From assembly GCF_036588685.1 (NCBI RefSeq), contig NC_086382.1, positions 44,729,552 to 44,793,551 on the forward strand: a DNA stretch of 64,000 nucleotides, in the 5' to 3' direction. This document shows, one piece after another, positions 48,046-59,800 of this stretch. The stretch comes from Mytilus trossulus. Its lineage: Eukaryota. The notes beneath the pieces are model-generated. The model saw nothing but the letters and a program-made list of their open reading frames with translations, ran no database searches and had not been told where the DNA came from. The position numbers and the translations under genes are program-made. Each line of letters opens with the position of its first letter. The first letter of the stretch is position 1.

Positions 48046-50783
48046 ATCAAACCATATAGATTTTTTTTTCTTCACAAGACCGAGGACAATTGATGTTTAC
48101 AAATTAATACATGTAATGAATAGCAGATATCTCTTTAAAAATTCTCTCAGTTCCACAGACAACACATACATACAAGCTTCTACTAACGAAATCTCCATTT
48201 GAAGCTAATGTGTTTAGAAATCTCTTATGTCATTACACCTTTCCTATATTGCCACAAACATACAAGTACTTTTAAGGCAACTTATAAATATGGCATAGGT
48301 AGAATCATATGTCAGTACACCTTTCCTATATTGCCACAAACATACAAGTAATTTTAAGGCAACTTATGAATATTGCATAGGCAAAATCATAGATGTAATA
48401 CCCACATCTATGGTTAAATGAAACTCTACATTTAAAAGAGCAGGCAAACCTATATAGATTTTTAAGCAGCAGCCCAACTTTTAAAAATTCAAGCTGGAAT
48501 CTTGTCAGAATGATAAATAGAACACTTATTGAAGAGAAGTACTTTGGGATGATTTTTTACGGGAAATCTTGTATTATTTTCTGTCTACACAAGATCAGAT
48601 ATATCAACAATGAGAATTGTATTTGTTATGAAATTGAAAATTCATTATCTCTCTCGGTAGGGGTTCTTACTTCTATCATTTGTTTTAGATTTATTGATTT
48701 ACAATACAGATACAGATAAATCGAGAGTAAATAATTAAATGTGCCTTTTAGATATTTTTGGACTTAAGATAAAATATTATGTTATAAAACTGTACACTTT
48801 ATTCGATACTATCTCCTTTCAAGAAATGTTTAGGTTTTAATTTTAATCTTTTTGGATGATAGTGCAATTTTGGTTGACACAATTCACTTTTGATAGTTTT
48901 ACCGACAGATGATCTTTCCCGTATCTTTAAGGCCTAGGTTTGAAAGTGGACATCTGCTTTTTAATGTGGGAAAAATGATTGAGAATTTAGTCTTAGGATT
49001 ATGTAAAGTAGGCTGAAGTTCTTGCAGTTCACTTGCACAGGGTCTTCCCTTGAATCTAAACATTTTTTTTTAAAATTTGATAAGCATTTACAGTGTATGC
49101 TCTTCTTGGATATTTCCAAACTGTATGAGTTTTTAACGCGAAGTAAAAGTTAACGTAAGCACAGCATTTGGCTTTTAATTTAAAGTAACATTCAATAATG
49201 TAATGACAGCACTAATTATTTCAAACTTTAAACAACAGACAAAAAATGTGAGTTTTGTACATTTTGTAGCAGAATTTTACAACCAAATAAAACAGCATTA
49301 TTTTTTTTATTTATAATTATTTTGAGCCTGATGCATTGTTGGCCACACAACATAACAAATACATTTTCAGTCATATTGTCTCTTGTTTACAAATGCATAA
49401 AAAGAGATATTGGGTATATACTTTATCAACATATAATATATATAGATAAAACACCAGATAATTGAATCTTAAATATTTAACAGGTCATTTTATGTTTAAC
49501 TGATTTAATTTAAGTAAATGACATGAAATTTTGACAATACTTATTGTAACCACACAGAAAGGTAAATGTCCTGCAAGTACTTATCGTAGGAGCCGTAAGA
49601 TTGAAATTTTGTCACTGATGTTTGCATGTCAAACTTCTCAGGTGTCATGGCTTATCCTTGTAAACATGCAAATGAAGCGACCTAGTTTGCTGACCAAATT
49701 TCAGTGATATATATGTATATATTTATATGCATGCATGCAGTGTTTTTTAACTTAACAAGTTCATTGAGGTGAATATAAAGTTTACTGGATAGGTATTTGG
49801 TGTCAGTTTGTAAATTTAGGCTAATTGACTCAAGCAACACTTATGATACTTTGTCATTAGTATTAGATGGAAAAAAAAGGATCAAATTAAATCTCGTATA
49901 TGCACCAATTATGAATGAAGAGTAACCATTATAACTTAGTTTTTATAAATAACTTCTTTTCGAGAACAAATTAAATGAAAGACAAATAAAACATTAAACA
50001 AGGGAACATTGAAATTTTAGTATCTGTCCATCCATCAAACTTGTAAGTACTTTAAAGTCAACATGTCTTGGACAAATTTTAATAACTTTTTAATGAGAGG
50101 TTTATATTTGCAATATACAAATAAAGTCTTAAGTGGTGCCAATAGAATATTGTTACTGGAGTCAGGCATCTTGAAATATAAATTGTGTGAAAACTTGTCT
50201 TGTTAATTGTCTCAGGACTACATTTCTTGATGGATTGTTAGATAAACCAAACATGCAGGTCCCCCCAAAAATGAAACATTTGTTTGTCTTCTTTGTTTAA
50301 TATAGATTTGCATCTTTTGTGTTCTATTTAACACCTCACTAAGTTACCTCTTTAGGAAGCAGTTATGTATTACTTTTTAATACAAAAATTGCAACATTGT
50401 AAAAATCATCCCCTAATCAGTAAAATCAGTAAAATGAGTTTATAAGTGTATTTCTTATAGGTGAAGATAGTTTAGTCAAAGTCAAAGAAGGTATAATACA
50501 TACAAACACATACTGTTCTTTTCTGTATTGTTATTGGTGTGAATGAAAGATCTGAAGCCTTCCTCTGGGTGCAGGATTTTATCTCTGTGTTGAAAACCCA
50601 TTGGCAGTTTTTCTGATGTTTTTGGCTTTTTGGTTGTGTTTTTGTCACTTTGATACATTCCCCATTTCCGTCCTCCACTTTGTTAAAAAAATAGATTTCC
50701 AACAGCAAGTAATGAATTAACTTTTTGCAGTATTGAATGAAAATTTGAGCATACAAATTTTTTTCATTTTTCTTTCATTTTAG

Positions 50784-50876
50784 ATCAAGTTAGTAAACAT
50801 CAGTAGTAATGATATAGTTGATGGGAATCAGAAATTGACTCTTGGTTTGGTATGGAGCATCATCTTACATTGGCAG
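50784..50876 (+). CDS. DMD-like: Dystrophin-like exon 5: [31 protein letters not shown].
   Basis: Acceptor ttttag, donor CAG|GTTAGT, 93 nt. It aligns to dystrophin [31 protein letters not shown], the conserved CH1 core. Confidence 0.9.
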
Positions 50877-51231
50877 GTTAGTATAGTTGGATCGATGGAA
50901 ACGAGGAGGAATACAATTTATCCATATTATAACAGAATATGGAGATAAGGACATCATGCAGTGAAGAGTATTAACTAATGCAATATAGTGACACATAGAT
51001 GTTCTTTTGAGATTGCATTCACTATTATATTAGTATTTTTTAATCTAACCTTAATATATTTTTATACTCGTCTAGCCAATATTGCTATAAAGACCAATAA
51101 AAAGGTGGTAGTAAAGAATTAGCAAATAGTATTGAAAGTGGTGTTAAACACAACAAACAAAAACATCAATCTTTTTAATTATTTATTTTTGTTTTTCCAA
51201 GAATCTCAAACTATCATACTTTATATTTTAG

Positions 51232-51323
51232 GTGAAAGATGTTATGAAAGATTTAATGGAGGACTTACGACAGACAAATCTGGAGAGAACCTTACTAAAC
51301 TGGTGTCGACAGACTACAGAGAG
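51232..51323 (+). CDS. DMD-like: Dystrophin-like exon 6a: [30 protein letters not shown](R).
   Basis: Acceptor ttttag, donor GAG|GTAGTG, 92 nt, ends in phase 2. It aligns to dystrophin [31 protein letters not shown]. Confidence 0.85.
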
Positions 51324-51847
51324 GTAGTGTGTTTATTTTAATTTTTATTTATTTAAACAGCCTGAGGCTACGCTTGGTTTTCCTCAACATATATATTTAT
51401 ACAGATTCACAATTAACAAAGATTTTGTTTTTGTTTACAAACATGTTTACACAAGACAAGACAATATGTATAGGACAAGACATACGAATGTAATTGGACT
51501 ACACACCCATACATTGTTTATGTATTGAAGAAATCAGCTTTTTCATTGTCTGTTCTTATTTTATTCCTATTTTTTCTGTAGAATCAGATACAGTATTTAA
51601 CCATGTGTGGAACACTGATATTTTTTTACTCTAGAATCTCAAGATTTTTTAGTTAAAGAAAAATAATTGAGTTATCTCCCCTAGGATACAAATGTTCCAA
51701 AACTTTTTTTTTTTCAAATTCAGATATCAAACCTGTCGATATATAATATACTGAACATTTTAAACTCAAAAATACTAAGATTTTTAAATTCAAGAAAAAG
51801 ATATTTAGTTATCTTGTCTAGAAGTGTTTTAATTTTTTTAATTTCAG

Positions 51848-51928
51848 GTACCATGATGTAGATATTAGAAACTTTACAAATAGTTGGAGAGATGGACTTG
51901 GATTTAATGCCCTCTTGCATCACTTTAG
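51848..51928 (+). CDS. DMD-like: Dystrophin-like exon 6b, the start of CH2: (R)[26 protein letters not shown](R).
   Basis: Acceptor atttcag, donor TAG|GTAAGA, 81 nt, phase 2 to 2. It aligns to dystrophin [27 protein letters not shown]. In vertebrates this segment and the previous one form a single exon. Confidence 0.85.
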
Positions 51929-53142
51929 GTAAGAATACACGTTTTTAAGAGTTCAACTATACATTTATATATTTGCAAGGTAAAATTTAAATCTCTATAT
52001 GTTGTGTAAAGAAGATGTTGGTCTAAACTTTCAAAAACAAAGAATTTTTTAACACTATGGAAAATTGAAGTTTATATCATAATATTTAGAAAAATATTTG
52101 TTTAAGTATGTATTATCGAGCTTTGTTTCTAGCTACGGGGTGTCAAATTTTATAATAGTTATACATGGAAAAGATATTTTCGTGAAAATAGAAAGAAAAC
52201 TAAATGATACAAAAGCTCTTATAATGTCTTGCAGAATTACAATAAAATTAGAATCACTGTAATTATTTTCTTGCTCTCAAATAAAATAGGAAGACTTACT
52301 TTTTATTCCTTATGAAATTAAATTATTTGATTTCTCTTCCCTAATATGGCCTAATTAATAAATAACAAGCTACAAAACATGATTTTTTTGGCATTTAGAG
52401 GGATAAAAAGGTTAAAAAGGTTAAAAAGCTAATTTTATTATGGACTCAAAATTTTTATAATCAAGTCTAGACTAGTTGTTTTTCTGCTGTTTTACAATCT
52501 TACATGGTAGAAGACCCTTGTTCAACCTTAAATTTAAGTTGTGAATACCTGTAGTAAAACTTAGATCCTCTCCATAAAATTCAGTCATAATCAATAAAGC
52601 TGGCTAGACATTTCAGCTTTTGCACTTGTGTGTGTCAAAACTATTTAATAATGGTATTTTGGGATATGCAAGTACTAGTTAGATAATTTTAAACTGTGAA
52701 GTAATTGAACAAATATTTACAGATTATGTTGACTAAATAATTACAGAATGACAAATTTACCTGTTGCAACAAAATGCTTTTCTTGAAAAGCCTTCATCTG
52801 AAATTTTAGCATTCAGAACTTTGGAAAACCAAAAATAGAAAACTTGAGAGTACAAAAGTGAAAAGTAAAAATATAAATAATATATTTCTTGTTTTATATT
52901 TTGACCTAGTTGATTTTAGGAATATTTGAAACACAAGACCTTAAGTTATTTTTTGGGGGTCTTTATAGCTTGCTGTTCAGTGTGGGCCAAGGCTCCATGT
53001 TGAAGACCGTACTTTGAACTGTAATGGTTCACTTTGGATGGAGAGTTGTCATTGGCACTCATTCCACATATTTTTTTATCTTTTTAGTTGAAAGAATATA
53101 TACATATAGTATTCAATTTAATGTATTAATGAACTTTTTCAG

Positions 53143-53258
53143 ACCCGACTTATTTATATATGAAGATGTGTTGAACATGGACAATGAGACAAGACTTAAC
53201 CACGCTTTCAATGTGGCTGAGAAATCACTGGAAATTGACAGATTATTGGATGCCGAAG
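53143..53258 (+). CDS. DMD-like: Dystrophin-like exon 7: (R)PDLFIYEDVLNMDNETRLNHAFNVAEKSLEIDRLLDAE.
   Basis: Acceptor ttttcag, donor GAAG|GTAAAA, 116 nt. It aligns to dystrophin [41 protein letters not shown]. Confidence 0.85.
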
Positions 53259-56142
53259 GTAAAATTTGGAATGTTTTGTCCTTTCTGGCAAATGATTTTA
53301 TATTCATGCAAAAAGAAAAACATTTTGAATGTTTCTTGTTTTTTTTCAGAATTAAAGCCTATAGAAATATTTATAAAGGTTATATTTAGATAAAGTAGTT
53401 ACATGTCTAGTTCTGTATTTCTTTTGAATGTATTCTTGTTCAGCTCAAGATAATTTAGCATTCAAAGATGTGTCATGAACTTGTTCCTTTATTTGACCTT
53501 CAGACATCTATAAATAACTATTATTTGCATTTTTTCCAATCAGCATAAAATACATGTAAAATATCTAGAATAAATTTCTGGAATTGAAATACACCTTGTT
53601 TTTTTATGTTTTTAATGGAAATCACACATGAAATAGTAATTACACAGGGATAGGAATTCCATTATTTATTTTGAAGAGACAGCTTTTCATTAAAAAGTTA
53701 TCTCTATGTGGAAAGAATTGCCGAATCGCCAGAAATAAAAGAAAATGCTTCCAACAAATAAAAGATATTTTATTGCTATCAGACATGTATTTGATGCTTG
53801 AATTTGTAACCACATTTCTAAGAAATATTACGATAAATACATGCAATTAATTACACTGAAGCTATGTAAATTCTTTGGAAAGTCATCATCCTTGATGTTG
53901 GCAAAAAGCAAGATCAATTTTTTTGTATATATCCATAATTCCAGAGGAAGATAATTATGCTTATTCCAACAACTTTGAAAATTACTATAAGACAATAATA
54001 AAGAGCACCAAAAACAAGGTAAAGCTAGGTAGATAAAGCAAGCAGTCCTCATGGCCATTCTACTGGAAGGAATTTTTAACCGTTTTTCTCTTCAAAATTC
54101 ATCAAAAAACGATGAAAATGAAATTGAAATTATAATAATGTATCATGTAAAATATGCAAGGATCAAACATTAAAAAATAACATAGAGAAGATTTATAGAC
54201 AAAAGAACTAAATTTTTTCCTCAAAACATGATCTAGTTAAAGAAAGTACATGGGTATATTAAAGAAGTTGGGCTAAAGTCTGAACATATACATACTATAA
54301 ATTAACCATAAACCCAGAACAGTGAAGAAGCACTTCGAAAATCAGTTAAATAAGTTGTTTGATAAAGCCATTATAGTCATTATACAAAGTAAGAGTAATT
54401 TTCATTCCATTTCACCATGGTTATAGACAATATCTGTTGATTGACAGATTCATCTTCAGGAATAGATGTTGATTTTCTGGGTCTGTTTTATAGGTTAATG
54501 GCAGAAAACACAGTTTTCATAACATATTAATTACAAAATGACAATCATAATTATTTGTTTGAAATAACTATGTTAATTATATCATGAGTATAAGACATTA
54601 ACCTGAATTTAGAGGTAAAAAGCCGATATATTTAAAGGTTAATTGACGGAAAAATAAATTTGACCTAATTTATAACAATATGATAATAGATTAATATTTG
54701 TTTGAAATGCCCCTGGTGGGTTAATATAGTTATCAATATATTGAATTGTTTGTAAAAGTGAACATTTGACATATCAATCCTTTTAGGAAAATAGAATCAA
54801 CAGTTTTGGGTTTTAGATCAATGCCAGTTATGTTGCCCTCATGATGGGCTTTTCATGTTTTAAAATTGTAAGATATAGATTAATAGTCTTAAAATGTTTG
54901 TTTTAAAGTCATTGTATTTAACTAATGAAATAACACTCTACTTATCTATTAAAAAGGTGAATCTCCTATCCTTTTAAAAAATGACACACTTTCGTGTTGC
55001 CCATTTGTTTTGTAGATTTTTGAAATTTTGATTGATTGTTGTAAATTTATAGGTTTGGCATTTATAAAACTTGGCTTAACCTGGCTAAACCTACCATATA
55101 ATTGTACAAAGTGCCTGTACCAAAGTCAAGGACCTGTTATATGACCTTGACCTCATTTTAAGTCAGGTGGTCAAGGTGAAGATTTCAGGATAAAGGATGT
55201 TACTCAGTAATCATACATGATATGACAATAATATATGAAATGGTTGCATAAGAGCATGTGTTCACCTCATATTTTTCAATGACATTGGTCTAAAATTAAT
55301 ACACCAGTGGTCAGTACAAGTTATCGAGTTGAGGTCTTTCCTCCCTAGCTTAATATGATAGTTCATCTATATTTTGCATTTTTGTGTCCATATACGAAGT
55401 CAATCTGACATAGCTCATGAAATTTTGACCTAAATTTTTGTGTGTTCCATTGATTAGGTTAATTTATTTGGATAAGGTCTATTCCTCTTTCTTTTTGCAC
55501 ATTAAGTCAACTGTATTTGGTTTGTGGATTAGTTGAGAGGAAAATAAGTAGTCTGTCTGTTTCATAAAGCCTTGACCTCATTTTATGTACCTAACCCTTT
55601 ATGTTTGTTATTTTAAAATGTGAAGCTCAAAAATCTTTTATTACAAGATGAAAAAAATACTGTTTGCATATAAATTATATGAACATTAAAATGTGAAACT
55701 GGCAAATTACATTTGACCTGTAAGTGTAAAGTTTGCTTGAGAGTTATTGCCCTTAAAAATGTTCCAAATTCAGCAGGTAAGTTTAGTATTTCAGTGTTCT
55801 CTTCTTTATACCATACTCTTCAAAGAAAATATTTCTTTACCAAAATGTACAAATTTAGACATTCTAAAGCATAATGCTAACATAACTGTTTAGATGCTCT
55901 GATTAAAAGCATAAAATATGTACAATGGCATATTTGCTCTGGCTGAAGTTTCGATTGTTCTAATGATTTTTTTTCTCTCAGGAATAGGTATATTAGATTA
56001 TGATGTAATAAAATTCTGCAGATATAATGTAGCAAATTACAAATTGCATGTTTTTAAAAGGAAAAAGGAGATGAAGACATTTTTTTCACAAATAAAAGTA
56101 CAAAATAATGAATTATGTTTTTAATTATTTTATTTTTTTCAG

Positions 56143-56330
56143 ATGTGAATGTAGATAACCCAGATAAAAAGTCAGTGATGATGTACTTGATGTGTTTCTT
56201 CCAAGTTTTACCACATTCAAACATATCAGAAACATGTGACATAGAATTACCTCCCCCTACACCACAATCTGCCTTAATACCAACACCAACTGAAAAATTC
56301 CATTTTGCTGAACATGTCAAGAAATCAGAG
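56143..56330 (+). CDS. DMD-like: Dystrophin-like exon 8, the end of CH2 and start of the linker: DVNVDNPDKKSVMMYLMCFFQVLPHSNISETCDIELPPPTPQSALIPTPTEKFHFAEHVKKSE.
   Basis: Acceptor tttttcag, donor GAG|GTAAAC, 188 nt, ends in phase 0. It aligns to dystrophin [36 protein letters not shown]... Downstream exons were not identified before the window ends. Confidence 0.85.
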
Positions 56331-56679
56331 GTAAACTTATGCATTTTATTTATATGCTATCACCTTTGTTGTGATATAAGCATACTTGAACTAAAAAAGG
56401 TTTTAGTATTGTTGAATGCAATGGATATGGTGAAAAAAGTTTTGACAGGGCATTACAATAGAAAGCAATTTGCAATAGGAGGTGAACACATCTATATTTA
56501 TTCAAAAGATTCTCAATGGAATGATATAGGCTTTATGGACTGATTGACAGCATAATAGGAGTAAAAAGCTTGTTTTAATGTACAAAGAGGGAAACCATAA
56601 AATAATATAACAATCAAACAACAGATTTTGAATTGCAATGCCCTTTTCAACATTGTCTTAGTATTTCATTAATGTGCTA

Positions 56680-56880
56680 GCATAGGTTGAATCAGGGGGG
56701 GGGGGCCTGGGGGGCCCAGGCCCCCCCCCCCCTTTCAGGGGAAAAATTTGTTTGATTATATAGGGAATCATTGAAGCATGACTGAAGCGGGCCCCCTCTT
56801 ATGTCAGTCAGAGGGCCCCCCTTATGAAAAGTTCTGGATCCGCCACTGGCTAGGGACCAGATTACCCAAAGTTATGTCAT
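56680..56880. mobile_element. One copy of a dispersed repeat family with long internal G-run/C-run palindromes and GGATCC/GGTTGGAAC motifs. Other copies or fragments lie at 30560-30640, 32045-32185, 57810-57970 and, in opposite orientation, 60480-60850.
   Basis: 56692-56745 reads atcagggggggggggcctggggggcccaggcccccccccccctttcagggg. 56800-56870 (...gagggccccccttatgaaaagttctggatccgccactggc) is the reverse complement of 60490-60545 (ggatccagaacttttcctaagggggggccaactgactgacctaaggggggcc). 32060-32180 parallels 60720-60840 (ggggggttcctggggttggaaccctcc...ggttggaacaccctc...aaatggctg). 57926-57950 is a C25 run. Confidence 0.7.
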
Positions 56881-59800
56881 GACTATTATCAAATGTCACC
56901 TAGTAGTTAGTTTAAAGCTTTAATAATAGAGAATTTCAATGGCAAAGAAATTTAATTTTGGGCTCCATTTAGCTTCAGTGGGAGCGGTTATTATTTTTCT
57001 TGTTCAGGGGATGGTCTTAGTTTTGTGAATTAAAAATGTTGTTTGTTAGAAAATGTGCAATTTGGATTTCTTTGTACTTTGAGAGAATAAAGAACAATGA
57101 ACCAGTCTATCTGTTCTCATGTAGACATCCAAACATCTTTTTAAGTAAACCCATCCAAACTAAACATTATTTATGTTCTATTGTAAAAACATTATAACAA
57201 ATTGAGTTTTAAATATAGACAAACTAAAATAAAATCTGATATCAATTCACCAAATGAAAACAATGAAAAATGTATTTATCTCATTATTGTGATGATATGC
57301 AAAAACTAATAGGTAATAAAGGTGTAATAAAGACATACATGATTATTTAAATATTCATGATATATTTATGTACAGGACAATTATTATTATTGTTATTAAT
57401 GAAAATATTATGTCTGGTTGCCAACATGTCGATATTGAAACCTTGATACATAAGAGAAAGAAAACAAATCTGTATTTGATGTTTATGATTTTTGGCAATA
57501 ACCATCATAAACACAACTCATCTATAGAATAAAACTCGCTTAGATTAGGTTTATTATTCTCTTAAGTTTTTAGTTCAAATTTACTCCTCAAAAACTTGCT
57601 TCGCTTTGAAGGTGAAGACTATGAATCTGTGAACATTGCTTATATCATATGCTCTGATGTCTCATTTGCTTTATTTACATGGTACTGATTTCTCTTGTAT
57701 TCTATGAGGTTTTCTTGTAATATACAGTTTTGTTGTCTCATGCTTTGTTGAATATTCTGCATTTATTCTTCTTTTCTATGAAATAAGATTAAATTATTGA
57801 AGATGCATACCCATAGCCAGGGGGGTTCGGACGAACCCCCCTTGAAATCAAATAAGCACTGTTAAAGTCAATGTTCTGTTCGAATTTTGACTGTTAAAGT
57901 CGAGTTTGTGAGTCTAACAAACCCCCCCCCCCCCCCCCCCCCCCCTGGAAATTCCTGGCTAGGGGCCTGATATCTATCATTGATTACTAAAAGCTATCTG
58001 TTTGCATTAACAACGGTGTCATTGTGTAAGTTAGATACACCTGATAATACTTATGCTCATCATTAACGTGTGTGACACATTTGCCACTGGACGTTTAAGC
58101 AAACAACAATCAATCAATCTAATATCCTCATGGGTGTATATCTAACATGTAGTATTACTTGTCCTGGATTTCTATGTTCTGTAGGAGACGGTTGTCAGTC
58201 TTTCATTCAAAGCAACATTGTAGATCTGTCCTAGTTGTTTTATAGTTCACTTTCTCATCTGCAACAGAAATCCTCAATGAATAAAGCAACTTATATATTA
58301 CCTAACTAAAATATTTACTAAAGAACAAAATGGAAAAATTTAAGGGTTTTATCATTGAAAATTTAAATTTTATAATTGGACAAGCTTTAATATACCCTTT
58401 ACAGTGAGATGTGTTTTGAAAGCATATTTTTTTAAATGAATTCTAAAAAAAACAACATTTTAACTTTATAATCAGTGGACATACAAGGATAGGCTATTAG
58501 TTTGAAGGAAGTTTTTTTAGGATCAATTACATAATACAATGTATTGAAGTGGCTATTTTTGTATCATGAATTATCAGTTTTACAAAATTAGCTTTATTTC
58601 CAGTGGGTCTATCACCACATGGTATACATTGATTATATTTGAACAATAACATTCTTTGACTTGGTCCTTGTTGCTCTTTTATAAGTTATATCTTATCTAT
58701 ATTCAAGTGTAGGACCTTGAATGGGTATGAAGAAAAGAAACAATGTTTACATAAATAGCCCCATTGTTCCTGATCATACCTTGGTGTTAGGCGTGGGAGA
58801 AAAGGGTAGTCCAGGGATCACCTGTAGTACGTTTATAGATCAGACCTATAGTATAGGTGCGTTATCAGCGATCAAACTGTTAATGTAAACAATACCCATG
58901 ATTAAAATCAATGATTCCCAACATTTTTACATGTTTTATTTACTGAAGATTTAAAAATAGAAAAAGTTTAAAAAAAATTGCAATTAAAATGAATTAAAAA
59001 AATTAAGCAAAAAATTATTGCAAAAAAATTTTAAATCGGTTATTGAAAATAATAAATAATTTTTTATCAGATATATGTAACGAGATAATTGTTATCTGTC
59101 CTCATTTAGATAGTAAAGAAAAGACGGAAATGCTTGAATGAATGATATTACTATAATAAGTATTGTGTGAAAAAAAGACTCTAATATGTTATGTCAACAC
59201 AATGTAATAATCTACCTATGATTGAATAATTGTGTCGCCTAATTTTTGGTAATAGCGGTAATAGTCGTCACACTGTTACCTGTCTCACCTGTATAACTTC
59301 TGATATGTAAACATCTACCATTCATGTGTCTATCAGCTGGGCACTTAATCGTACCTTCGTTTCTCAGGAATGGTGGATAGCCATTATTTATAAATACATA
59401 TACTAGATAGCAATATTGAATATTTTTGGAGTTAACAATAACTTTGCTAAGTTCTTCATGTTGCTATGCCTCATTTAGATTGGGGCAAGATGAAATTGGA
59501 TTTCCTACTTGTGCCAATTGTTGTTCATTTGTAAATAACAATGTGTAAAACAAATGTGTGAGGTGATATTAATTAACCTAAATCCTTAAACTTGAAGGAT
59601 TTACCGATATTTCTACATTTTTCGGGAGAAATAGGGAGTTGAATATTTATATACAATTACAGGTAGGTCTAGAGATAATTAAGTTTACCAATGTTATCTG
59701 GAGATATTTAGCTTCATTTAATGTACTGCTGCAACTAAGCAACCAAATCTTAGAAATAAATGCACAGAGAAAAGTGAAAAAATATGAAAATAGAAATTTA

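Noticed and set aside
53024-53389. ORF 53024..53389(+), 121 aa
   Set aside because: It is an artefactual fusion of a SINE-like repeat tail (GWRVVIGTHSTYFF) with the genuine dystrophin-like exon 7 (53143-53258). Only the exon portion is coding.
56054-56543. ORF 56054..56344(-), and ORF 56115..56543(+) read as a single long exon
   Set aside because: The minus-strand ORF is the antisense of dystrophin-like exon 8. The plus ORF extends past the GAG|GTAAAC donor at 56330/56331 into the intron, and the homology to dystrophin stops at that donor.
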